From IMG/VR virus record IMGVR_UViG_3300035698_026924: a stretch of DNA of 20,000 nucleotides. One strand, 5' to 3'. Below the pieces are notes generated by a model. The model saw only the letters and a list, made by a program, of their open reading frames with translations, did no database searches and was not told the DNA's origin. Origin of the DNA: an uncultured virus (IMG/VR IMGVR_UViG_3300035698_026924) (taxonomy: Duplodnaviria; Heunggongvirae; Uroviricota; Caudoviricetes). Positions within the stretch are counted from its first letter, which is position 1, and each line of letters opens with the position of its first letter. The position numbers and the translations under genes are program-made. Of the stretch, positions 9,876 to 16,949 are shown in pieces.

Positions 9876-11128
9876 TATTCAGCCATTGCTAAAGAAGTTA
9901 AGATCTTTATGAACTTGTCCATGACACTAATTTTTTCTTTAGTTTCTGGAAATTTATTTAATGCTTTGCTTCTAGATTGTCTTTTTATCTCCTTAGAGAT
10001 GCTACTTATTAACGATTGCAAACTAGACCTAGATTTAGTGGTCTGCAAATGCTCTGATATTTTTTCTGCTAATCCTTTTTCAAATCCTTTAGAATTGCTA
10101 GCAACAGAATTCAAATGATCAACAACACGACTCACTTCCTCATCATTTAAGACTGACTGACCTAAACCAGAATCTCCAAGATCATCATTTAGGTCAGGGT
10201 CTGCAATTTCTTCAGATTCCTCTGATTCCTCAGATTCCTCTGATTCCTCTGAATTAATCTCTATATCATTTTTTACACTGTTGACATTTTCTATTTCTTT
10301 TTTCTTCTTTTTTGACCATTTTATTGGTCTAGGTCTAACTTGAGCCGCCAAATGCGATGGCAGCCCAGACACCTCATTATTGTCTAACCCATCAATGTTA
10401 TTTTCAATCTCATCGTAATTCGATAAGTCAAACAGATCTTTGATATTATTCGATTTAAATGACAGTATAGTGTTAGATTCAGAAATTGTTTCAAAAATGA
10501 CATTTAACTTATTACTAAAACCCTCGGATTTAATTCCTGAACCAGGAATATCCAAATATCCAACATACTCTTTGCCTTTTTTGTAAATGTGCAGCCTTCC
10601 TTTAGTTGCTGGATCTCCTTCCACCCCAACTTTATATCCACCTCTTATTCTAGTCAGAGGATAACTGCCAACATGCTGTTGAGATCTAGTTCCTTTTTCT
10701 GATTCTATAGCATCAGCAGAATTATCTAAATCAAGCAATTCATGTTGCTTTTCTGGTGGTAATCTTTTTAATTTGTTTCCCACCCTATTGAGTCTTTTTG
10801 CAATCGCTGGTGAAACGCGATAGTCAATGCCACCTTGATGCTCAACGTCTTTTGCTGCAGAGTTTATTTCACTAGATAAAGAACTTAAAGCCTCTGATGA
10901 TTTTAAAACATTGTCTAAGCCAGTCCTACCTTTTAAAAATCCAACAAGAGAGTCTTTAGTGGCTTGACTTAAATCAACCAGATCTCTTTCAATAGCGTCA
11001 ATGCCTTGTGGGTCAGACAAAGCAGTTAGTTTAACTAACGGATTAATTCCGTTGTATTTTTGGTCTTCTTGTTGTTCAAGAATTGGGTCGCTAAACGCTT
11101 TATCAATTTTTTCAGTGAGACTTTTCAT
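9875..11128 (-). CDS. Hypothetical protein (about 417 aa) with an acidic SEE repeat linker
   Basis: Long ORF whose TAA overlaps the tape-measure ATG. The ATG at 11128 (MKSLTEK) is preferred over the track's 11158 start. An (SEE)n repeat lies at about 10209-10253. Confidence 0.75.
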   Translation of the reverse strand: MKSLTEKIDKAFSDPILEQQEDQKYNGINPLVKLTALSDPQGIDAIERDLVDLSQATKDSLVGFLKGRTGLDNVLKSSEALSSLSSEINSAAKDVEHQGGIDYRVSPAIAKRLNRVGNKLKRLPPEKQHELLDLDNSADAIESEKGTRSQQHVGSYPLTRIRGGYKVGVEGDPATKGRLHIYKKGKEYVGYLDIPGSGIKSEGFSNKLNVIFETISESNTILSFKSNNIKDLFDLSNYDEIENNIDGLDNNEVSGLPSHLAAQVRPRPIKWSKKKKKEIENVNSVKNDIEINSEESEESEESEESEEIADPDLNDDLGDSGLGQSVLNDEEVSRVVDHLNSVASNSKGFEKGLAEKISEHLQTTKSRSSLQSLISSISKEIKRQSRSKALNKFPETKEKISVMDKFIKILTSLAMAE

Positions 11129-11187
11129 ATTAGATCTTTGATTATTTACAGCAAACAATCTAAACGCAAGTAAATAAAATATACATT

Positions 11188-11856
11188 ATGCCATTCAGCT
11201 TAACAAAAATAGACGAAAACGCATTGTCTAAAGTAGACATAAAAGTACTTGGTGTAGGATCATCTCCAGGAGATGTAACCAGTACTATTGGTGATGCTAG
11301 CGGAATAAAGCTTTGTTCAGAAAACCTGATGTTTCCTCCTATAATCACAAAAGATTCTAAATCGTCTAATTGGATGACAACAGAATCTGGTTCATACGAG
11401 GAAGCAAAATGGTACAAAAACGGTAAATCAAGACAAATAACATTAGAATTTCAATGGATAGTCGGAAAACAGTTTAGTCCAGAAGCCGTTAGAAAAATAA
11501 TATCTGGTATTAGATCGTATTACTACGGTGCATATTTTGGCACAGATAAAGATAAAAAAACATTTCCAGTAGTGTACATTGCAGAATTATATGGAATAAT
11601 ATCAAGGTCAGGACAACAGTCAGCATGGAGAATGATGAATGCTGACGTTAAGTATAGCGAGGAAATGGCTAATATAGATAATGTAATACATCCACTTCAT
11701 GTCCAGCTAACAATGAATCTTGAATCATGCACTCAATTATCGCCTTTAATAGTAACTAACGGAGAGATCCAGTCAGATACTGTAGTTGATAAAATTAACG
11801 GTATGCTAAGCGGATTTAAAAACATCCCAGCACATCCAGAATTCGAGTGGTTTTAA
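11188..11856 (+). CDS. Putative baseplate / tail-tube initiator-like protein
   Basis: The FPP..KDSKSSNW...EEAKWYKNGKSRQITLEFQW...FPVV...WRM..ADVKY...P.HVQLTMNL pattern resembles tube-fold baseplate proteins of contractile tails. Immediately precedes a gp53-like gene. Confidence 0.55.
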   Translation: MPFSLTKIDENALSKVDIKVLGVGSSPGDVTSTIGDASGIKLCSENLMFPPIITKDSKSSNWMTTESGSYEEAKWYKNGKSRQITLEFQWIVGKQFSPEAVRKIISGIRSYYYGAYFGTDKDKKTFPVVYIAELYGIISRSGQQSAWRMMNADVKYSEEMANIDNVIHPLHVQLTMNLESCTQLSPLIVTNGEIQSDTVVDKINGMLSGFKNIPAHPEFEWF

Positions 11857-12168
11857 ATGTCTCAATTATCCAGGACAAGCAGATTTAGAAGAACATCTTT
11901 AATAAAAACCAAAGATGGTAAAGACACATATGGGTTAGTAGACAATTTTAATAGTATCAAATTTATATCTGATGAAAATGTGTATTATGAAACGATAAGA
12001 AATAACGAATCTGGCAGGCCAGATCTGATAGCATCTAGAATATACGGAAATTCTCAATTGGAATGGATTTTAGTGTTAGCAAACAAGCCAAAAAACCCGC
12101 TTAACTGGCCATTAACAGGCGAAACAATAAAAATACCGCTAAGCAGTTACGTTAGGGGTGTATTCTAG
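11857..12168 (+). CDS. Baseplate wedge protein, T4 gp53 / LysM-like
   Basis: GRPDLIASRIYGNSQLEWILVLAN...GETIKIP is the characteristic gp53/gpX LysM-like signature. Confidence 0.85.
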   Translation: MSQLSRTSRFRRTSLIKTKDGKDTYGLVDNFNSIKFISDENVYYETIRNNESGRPDLIASRIYGNSQLEWILVLANKPKNPLNWPLTGETIKIPLSSYVRGVF

Positions 12169-12767
12169 TGCCTGGATTCTCAATAAATGGCAGTGATGGG
12201 GCTAATTTACTGCCAAACAAAAATGATTGGCTTAGATCTCACAGATTTAAATTAATACAGCTGATGGATGCGAAATTCAACAACAAAGAATTATTGAGTT
12301 TAAAAGACGTAACTCTTCCTAAAAAAGTCATAAAAGACCTAAGTGTGCAAACAATAGGTACAAAATACAAATTTGCAGCGTCAGCCAGTTATGATGATTT
12401 AAAATTGACTTTTTATGGTTCTGATTCATTGTTCAGGGAAGTAATGAGGCTGCAAGAATTAGCACACAATACAGAAGAAGGAATTACTGATTTTAACATA
12501 TATTCATTAGATGTAGTGTTTGTAATGTTCAACGCCAGCGTGCCGTATTCTGGTAACATTCCGATACCAGGTATGGACCCAGTGATCGGATATCAATATA
12601 CTTTTAAAAATGCATGGATTAGTGACGTTGACTTAGGCCAATTAACTTATACGTCAAGTGATATAAAGTCAATTAGTGTAAATATAAAATTCAGCCATTT
12701 TGAGATAGAAGAGCACAAACGTGGAGGATCAACTGGAAATCCCATAACAAAAGTTAACAAAGGGTAA
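12168..12767 (+). CDS. T4 gp19-like tail tube or tube-related baseplate protein
   Basis: RSHRFKL...DVTLPK...KYKFA...YDDLKLTFY...YTFKNAWISDVDLGQLTYTSSDI..ISVNIKF matches the gp19/gp54 tube fold pattern. The GTG start overlaps the previous TAG. Confidence 0.75.
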   Translation: MPGFSINGSDGANLLPNKNDWLRSHRFKLIQLMDAKFNNKELLSLKDVTLPKKVIKDLSVQTIGTKYKFAASASYDDLKLTFYGSDSLFREVMRLQELAHNTEEGITDFNIYSLDVVFVMFNASVPYSGNIPIPGMDPVIGYQYTFKNAWISDVDLGQLTYTSSDIKSISVNIKFSHFEIEEHKRGGSTGNPITKVNKG

Positions 12768-12770
12768 TTC

Positions 12771-14045
12771 GTGGTTGAACAAGCTGGCACAGATGTAGAA
12801 ATAAAATTAAAAGTAGGAGACGACGGATTAGACTTAAGTAGAGTCGTTACTGTTTTTAAATGGAAGTCATTTATAAATGACGGATATTCAATATATGCCA
12901 GAATTATTGACCCAAATCTTGGATTATTTCAAGATTTAGTTAACGAAAAGTATTTAAAAGAGGCAAGAAAAATGCCGCTAAAGATACAGTTCAGCATGAA
13001 GTATCTGACTGGTGGCGATTCAAATAATGATGAAACAGAAACTAGAACAGCATATATAACCAATTTAGTAGCCAAAACAAATCCAGGATCACATACATCT
13101 GGGTCATTCGAATTTATAGCTATTGATCCACCAACATGGTTTTTAAACAGAGGTAATGCTGATGGGTCAGTTTTTAAAGGCAATGTAACTAGCGTTATAA
13201 AACAAATTATTTCTAGATATGCTCCAGATATTGAAGTTGATTTATCAGAAACTATTGATAACAAAACCAATACTTGGCATATGCTTAGACAAGATCCAAA
13301 GACTTTTTTGATGACGTTACTTGATTGGTCATCTTCAGTAACCAACCAAAAAACAAATTGGGTAGTATCATCAGTTGACGAAAAAATCATTATCAAAGAG
13401 CAAGCAGAAATGCAATCTTATGATTTAGGCGAATACAATGCTAATACAAATTACTCAGGAGCAAAAAATTTAATAAATTGGGAAAGAGAAGATAACAATT
13501 ACCTTACCAATCTGCAGACAGTCATATCAACAACCGGATTATCTGCAGTGTCTGGATTGTATTGTGACAACACTAATTCAATAACAAAAGATCTCACCAT
13601 AGTAAAAGACGAAAATACATCAGCCAAAAAGAATGTCGATATAACACAAGATCAAGGATTCACTAAGCCAAAAGATTTTGATAATGGATGGACTCATGTC
13701 AGATCTATACCAGAAGACAGCGCTGGCGCTGTTGGTTTGCAATACCAAAATTATATTGACGGTAGAGCAAGAAATTTATTTATTGGAATATTAGATGTGT
13801 TAAATAGGCTTAAAATAAGAGTTTATGGAACACCAAAATTGGACGATAGTAGCAAACTTGGCGTGTCAACTGTTAATTTGCAATGGACAGATGCAGCAGA
13901 CGATCCATGGCAGCACGATGGAAAATGGTTGGTGTACGGATTTGAACATGTTTATACACCAAATAAAGAATGGTATACTAATATTTATCTAAATAGAAAA
14001 GACTACGATTCTGATTCTCAAAAGATACCACCAAGTAATATATAA
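12771..14045 (+). CDS. Putative baseplate hub protein (gp27 / late control D-like)
   Basis: 424 aa, following the tube and gp53-like genes. The N-terminal ARIIDP, middle 'FKGNVTSVIKQII' and C-terminal 'LKIRVYG.P...GKWLVYGFEHVY...WYTNIYL' layout is typical of hub proteins. Confidence 0.6.
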   Translation: MVEQAGTDVEIKLKVGDDGLDLSRVVTVFKWKSFINDGYSIYARIIDPNLGLFQDLVNEKYLKEARKMPLKIQFSMKYLTGGDSNNDETETRTAYITNLVAKTNPGSHTSGSFEFIAIDPPTWFLNRGNADGSVFKGNVTSVIKQIISRYAPDIEVDLSETIDNKTNTWHMLRQDPKTFLMTLLDWSSSVTNQKTNWVVSSVDEKIIIKEQAEMQSYDLGEYNANTNYSGAKNLINWEREDNNYLTNLQTVISTTGLSAVSGLYCDNTNSITKDLTIVKDENTSAKKNVDITQDQGFTKPKDFDNGWTHVRSIPEDSAGAVGLQYQNYIDGRARNLFIGILDVLNRLKIRVYGTPKLDDSSKLGVSTVNLQWTDAADDPWQHDGKWLVYGFEHVYTPNKEWYTNIYLNRKDYDSDSQKIPPSNI

Positions 14046-14049
14046 AAAT

Positions 14050-14084
14050 GAGGGGCCGATCTCGTATCCTGAGATCAACCCCTC
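14050..14084. terminator. Probably bidirectional intrinsic terminator
   Basis: Inverted repeat GAGGGGCCGATCTC (14050-14063) / GAGATCAACCCCTC (14071-14084). On the minus strand it is a full 14-bp stem with two U-G pairs followed by ATTTTT. On the plus strand it is followed by GAAGTTTTT. It lies between convergent transcription units. Confidence 0.8.
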
Positions 14085-14163
14085 GAAGTTTTTGTATGTT
14101 GTGTCATACGGACTGAAATTGGTGACTAACACGTTTAAACTGACATTTTAGATTAAAAGCTTC

Positions 14164-14220
14164 CGTCATTCCACTAGACCAACCCCACATATTGGAGTGG
14201 GGTACAGGATTTGAACCTGT
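14164..14220 (-). ncRNA. Permuted tRNA-like module 2 (no anticodon arm)
   Basis: Minus strand reads ACAGG-TTCAAAT-CCTGT (T-arm), ACCCCAC-TCCAATAT-GTGGGGT (7-bp acceptor-like stem closed by a loop), TG, GTC-TAGTGGAAT-GAC (D-arm with GG). Confidence 0.8.
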
Positions 14221-14316
14221 GCTTGATGCATATTTTATGTCAGTAATTGATTTAGTCTCCTACAGCCTCTTTAAGTTAGAGGGAATAGTTTAAAGGATGT
14301 TAGCCTATTTTCATAG

Positions 14317-14371
14317 TGCGTGTGCCAATTTCGCCACCTCCGCTTGTACGGAGGGCAGGATTCGAACCCAC
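14317..14371 (-). ncRNA. Permuted tRNA-like module 1 (tRNA-Leu-like D-arm, no anticodon arm)
   Basis: Minus strand reads GTGGG-TTCGAAT-CCTGC (T-arm with two G-U pairs), CCTCCGT-ACAA-GCGGAGG (7-bp acceptor-like stem closed by a tetraloop), TG, GCG-AAATTGGCACA-CGC-A (D-arm). Confidence 0.8.
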
Positions 14372-14393
14372 AAATGCTTATCCTATATTTAGT

Positions 14394-14419
14394 TTGAGCT
14401 TGAGCTTGAGCTTGAGCTT
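14394..14419 (-). repeat. Perfect hexamer tandem repeat, (AAGCTC)4 on the minus strand
   Basis: Plus-strand TTGAGC at 14394, 14400, 14406 and 14412. The repeat starts 8 nt after the TGA of the 242-aa gene. Confidence 0.95.
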
Positions 14420-14427
14420 AGTCCCTC

Positions 14428-15156
14428 TCAGGAAAAAATGAAATTTAAAAGTTTAGATCCGACCTCTCTCTTAGTAATATCTACTGAGTTTCCTTTTTCA
14501 CGAGCAGACTTAACCGCTCTTTGAATTTTCTCAATATTCTTAAGAAAGGCTGTTTTCTTAGGAATTGGAATTGCACCACTAATTTCTGTGGTCAGCCAAT
14601 ATCCAACTGGTTCATCTACTGTAATAAGTTCAGTTTGCGCTGGATGTTCTTTGGTTGCTTGCGCCAAGGTAATTGGCTTTTGTATTTTTGCAGTTCTTAC
14701 TGTCTTAACTTCCTTAGACTTGAACAACAAAGAATTAGTATCTTGACTCCAATCATTTGCAGCGTCCAAAGAAGGGATGCTGCTAACAAAAGTATAAAGG
14801 TCAGTAAGTTCTTTTTCTAGAAAAAGCAAAAAAGTAACTGGGGCCTTCTCAATAAGAACCACCCCATCAACAACCACATCAGCACTAGCTTTGCAGTTGC
14901 CCCAGTCTTTAGTAGCTGTAATATCCATTAAGTCAGACACAGCTTCTTTAGCAGAATCAATCATTTCTGATGCAGATTTTTGAACCTTGATGCTTTCATC
15001 AGGCAAATCAAGAGAGTCTTCATTGATCTTTTCAAATTTCTTATTCTTACCAGAAAACAATGTAGATTTTTGAACTGTCTTGTAAAGTTCAGTCAATGTT
15101 GACTTAGAACGATTCTTAATGCCTTTTTCAATAGCGATGGCCTGATTTTGTTGCAT
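14428..15156 (-). CDS. Conserved uncharacterised protein (242 aa; resembles a bacterial/phage family recalled as DUF7873-like)
   Basis: Strong AAGGAGA Shine-Dalgarno at 15161-15167. The motifs NQ.IA.EKG.K, LP.ES..VQ, D.TATKDW.NC.A.ADVVVDG, P.T.LLFLEK.L.DL, A.AT..HPAQ, D..VGYW.T...SGA and AVK.ARE..N match a family recognised from memory. The family name is unverified. Confidence 0.85.
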   Translation of the reverse strand: MQQNQAIAIEKGIKNRSKSTLTELYKTVQKSTLFSGKNKKFEKINEDSLDLPDESIKVQKSASEMIDSAKEAVSDLMDITATKDWGNCKASADVVVDGVVLIEKAPVTFLLFLEKELTDLYTFVSSIPSLDAANDWSQDTNSLLFKSKEVKTVRTAKIQKPITLAQATKEHPAQTELITVDEPVGYWLTTEISGAIPIPKKTAFLKNIEKIQRAVKSAREKGNSVDITKREVGSKLLNFIFS

Positions 15157-15203
15157 TGTTTCTCCTTGTTATTGGTTTTTAGCGGGGAATATCGATTTGT
15201 AAA

Positions 15204-15689
15204 TCAATCTTCTCTTTTTACTTCGTCAACCCATTCTACAGTTTTCTCCAGTTGGGTTAATTCATCTACTAAATTTTTCATAAAATCAACAACTTCACTT
15301 ATCGTAACAGTATTGGATTTGTTGATAGCATCGTTAAAGTACTTTAACACAGCATATCTTACATTGCCGCAATATCCAGTAGCTTTAAATTTACCATTGT
15401 CTTTATAATACCCAATAATATAACAGTTACGATCCCAAATTATTTTATCACAACTATTAAGATCTACTTTCTTGTCTATTTTCTTGTCATCAAACAATTT
15501 ATCTAGCTCACGCTTACATTTGTCAAATTCTGTTCTTAAAATTTTGATACCAGGAAACTGTTCCTGCAATTTTTGGTCAATATTACCAATACCACCAAAA
15601 TATTTTCTAACACCGTGTCCAACTAATTCTAATGGAGTTGAATACGAAACTACATGCAAAGAACAGCCATCTTTTAATTCAATTTTCAT
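15204..15689 (-). CDS. Hypothetical protein (161 aa)
   Basis: ATG with an AGGAGAG Shine-Dalgarno sequence at about 15694-15700. No family recognised. Confidence 0.7.
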   Translation of the reverse strand: MKIELKDGCSLHVVSYSTPLELVGHGVRKYFGGIGNIDQKLQEQFPGIKILRTEFDKCKRELDKLFDDKKIDKKVDLNSCDKIIWDRNCYIIGYYKDNGKFKATGYCGNVRYAVLKYFNDAINKSNTVTISEVVDFMKNLVDELTQLEKTVEWVDEVKRED

Positions 15690-15732
15690 TTTTCTCTCCT
15701 GCTTTTTTTAACAACAACAACAGCAGCATAAA

Positions 15733-15774
15733 TAATTCATCACCCCTTTGCTTGTACAAAGGGGTGATGAATTA
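15733..15774 (-). terminator. Perfect 18-bp hairpin after the cold-shock gene (terminator or processing/stability hairpin)
   Basis: TAATTCATCACCCCTTTG (15733-15750), loop CTTGTA, CAAAGGGGTGATGAATTA (15757-15774). Only a short U tract follows. Confidence 0.7.
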
Positions 15775-15779
15775 GAAAC

Positions 15780-16205
15780 CTAGTTTATGATTTCTTCAAT
15801 ATCTTCTTTAGATAAAATGACATTCCCTTCGTCATCTTCTGACGCCAAGATATCAATAAGCCTATTCACAACCTTTTCTAAATTATTGATCTTACGAGTA
15901 CTAAAATTGGTTGAATTCCTGCTTTTGTTGCCAAAATCGCTAGGATTACTACCAAGATTGCTAGGAACATTTCGACGATGAGAATTTCTCTGACGACTAG
16001 GAGTAAGAAGCTTGACATTAACTGCTTTTAATCCTTTATGACCTTGTTCTACCTCATATTCTACCTCTTCACCTTCGTACAAACATCTGAATCCGTCCAT
16101 TTGAACGTCATTTTGATGAACAAATACATTTTCTTCACCATCTTTGGCTCCTATAAATCCAAATCCTTTTTTAGAATTAAAAGAAGCAACAAGACCAACA
16201 GACAT
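15780..16205 (-). CDS. Cold-shock-domain protein with an R/N/S-rich linker and C-terminal helical extension
   Basis: G.V..FN.KKGFGFI (RNP1), VFVH (RNP2), GFR.L.EGE.VEYEVEQG.KG.KA.NV. AAGGAGA Shine-Dalgarno upstream. About 70 extra C-terminal residues. Confidence 0.95.
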   Translation of the reverse strand: MSVGLVASFNSKKGFGFIGAKDGEENVFVHQNDVQMDGFRCLYEGEEVEYEVEQGHKGLKAVNVKLLTPSRQRNSHRRNVPSNLGSNPSDFGNKSRNSTNFSTRKINNLEKVVNRLIDILASEDDEGNVILSKEDIEEIIN

Positions 16206-16237
16206 AATTTCTCCTTAATATTATTATGCCATTTAAC

Positions 16238-16285
16238 AATTACTTGTGCAATTGCTTACTAAATTACTTACTGAATTACTTACTG
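16238..16285. repeat. Four tandem 12-bp repeats (consensus AATTACTTACTG) upstream of the cold-shock gene
   Basis: AATTACTTGTGC at 16238, AATTGCTTACTA at 16250, AATTACTTACTG at 16262 and AATTACTTACTG at 16274. Confidence 0.85.
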
Positions 16286-16298
16286 ATATACATAAAAT

Positions 16299-16904
16299 TT
16301 ACGAGCCAGGACCTTTTGGTGTTTTTGGCTTCATCCAATCATTTGGTTCTTTCATAATAGGCTGCACATTATCTGATTTTTTCAATTTTTCTGGAGTATC
16401 GTTCTGCATATTTATATCTAACACATTTTCATCGTCAACCATATCTGCCGCATCTGGGTACAACTTTTTTGGCGTAGTCCTGGTACCACCAGTGCTGGAA
16501 CCTGGAGCAATACTGACATTCATACCTTTTGTCGCTTGATCGTCAATCTTATCTTCACGTACTCCTCGCCAGTCATCCAAATATTCATAATACTCATTAT
16601 CAAGATGCTCATGATGCTTATATTCTTCCTCGTCTTCACCTTCCATTTTTTCTAACTTGTCATAATATTCATGATCTTCCCACAAATGATCAATTGCTAT
16701 TTCCCTGGCAGTTTTTTTACTATTTGTGTGTTCTAATTCTATTTGTATACCCTTTAATAATTGTTCTTTTATTTTAGCTTCCAAATTACATATTTGGCTT
16801 GGAAGCCAATCATTTTTAGAATGGTGTTTTATTAAATCTGGCATATCTTTGTTGTCAGCCAAACCACCAGGAATAATATCTTCATTAATCATTGAAAATT
16901 TCAT
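16299..16904 (-). CDS. DUF5661-like protein
   Basis: QLLKGIQIELEHT....AREIAIDHLWEDHEYYDKL matches the G..VE.EH...A.EIA.DHL.E...YY..L motif, with IPGGLAD upstream. Family name recalled from memory. Confidence 0.75.
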   Translation of the reverse strand: MKFSMINEDIIPGGLADNKDMPDLIKHHSKNDWLPSQICNLEAKIKEQLLKGIQIELEHTNSKKTAREIAIDHLWEDHEYYDKLEKMEGEDEEEYKHHEHLDNEYYEYLDDWRGVREDKIDDQATKGMNVSIAPGSSTGGTRTTPKKLYPDAADMVDDENVLDINMQNDTPEKLKKSDNVQPIMKEPNDWMKPKTPKGPGS

Positions 16905-16949
16905 AATCTTCCTAAATTTTATGTTTGACTGTCTTCAGTATATACACAT

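Larger units (their letters stand above)
14110..14424 (-). ncRNA. Candidate structured ncRNA with a hexamer repeat and two circularly permuted tRNA-like modules
   Basis: ORF-free region between a stop codon and a terminator. It contains two T-arm / acceptor hairpin / D-arm cores, closing stems (ACTGACAT/ATGTCAGT, GGAGACTAA/TTAGTCACC, terminal GGACT/AGTCC) and (AAGCTC)4. Boundaries are approximate. Confidence 0.75.

Noticed and set aside
10209..10253. 9-bp tandem repeat encoding SEESEESEESEE
   Set aside because: Ordinary low-complexity acidic linker within a coding region.
12929..13396. 155-aa minus-strand ORF and the other short overlapping ORFs in the track (e.g. 414-677, 9124-9471, 14521-14820, 16246-16539, 18734-19096)
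   Set aside because: They lie antisense to or inside better-supported genes and lack RBS or recognisable motifs.
14164..14371. Canonical tRNA genes, or one intron-containing tRNA formed from the module 1 D-half and the module 2 T-half
   Set aside because: No anticodon arm lies between D and T arms, and the cross-module acceptor strands GCGGAGG and ACCCCAC do not pair. Pairing works only within each permuted module.
14389..14430. Selenocysteine recoding of the TGA ending the 242-aa gene
   Set aside because: No bacterial SECIS-like hairpin directly follows the TGA, and the protein appears complete at that stop.
15710..15728. ACAACAACAACAGCAGCA trinucleotide-like run
   Set aside because: Too short to distinguish from chance and has no associated structure.
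14394..16285. CRISPR array interpretation of the short repeats
   Set aside because: The repeats are 6 and 12 bp, directly tandem, with no spacers and no cas genes.
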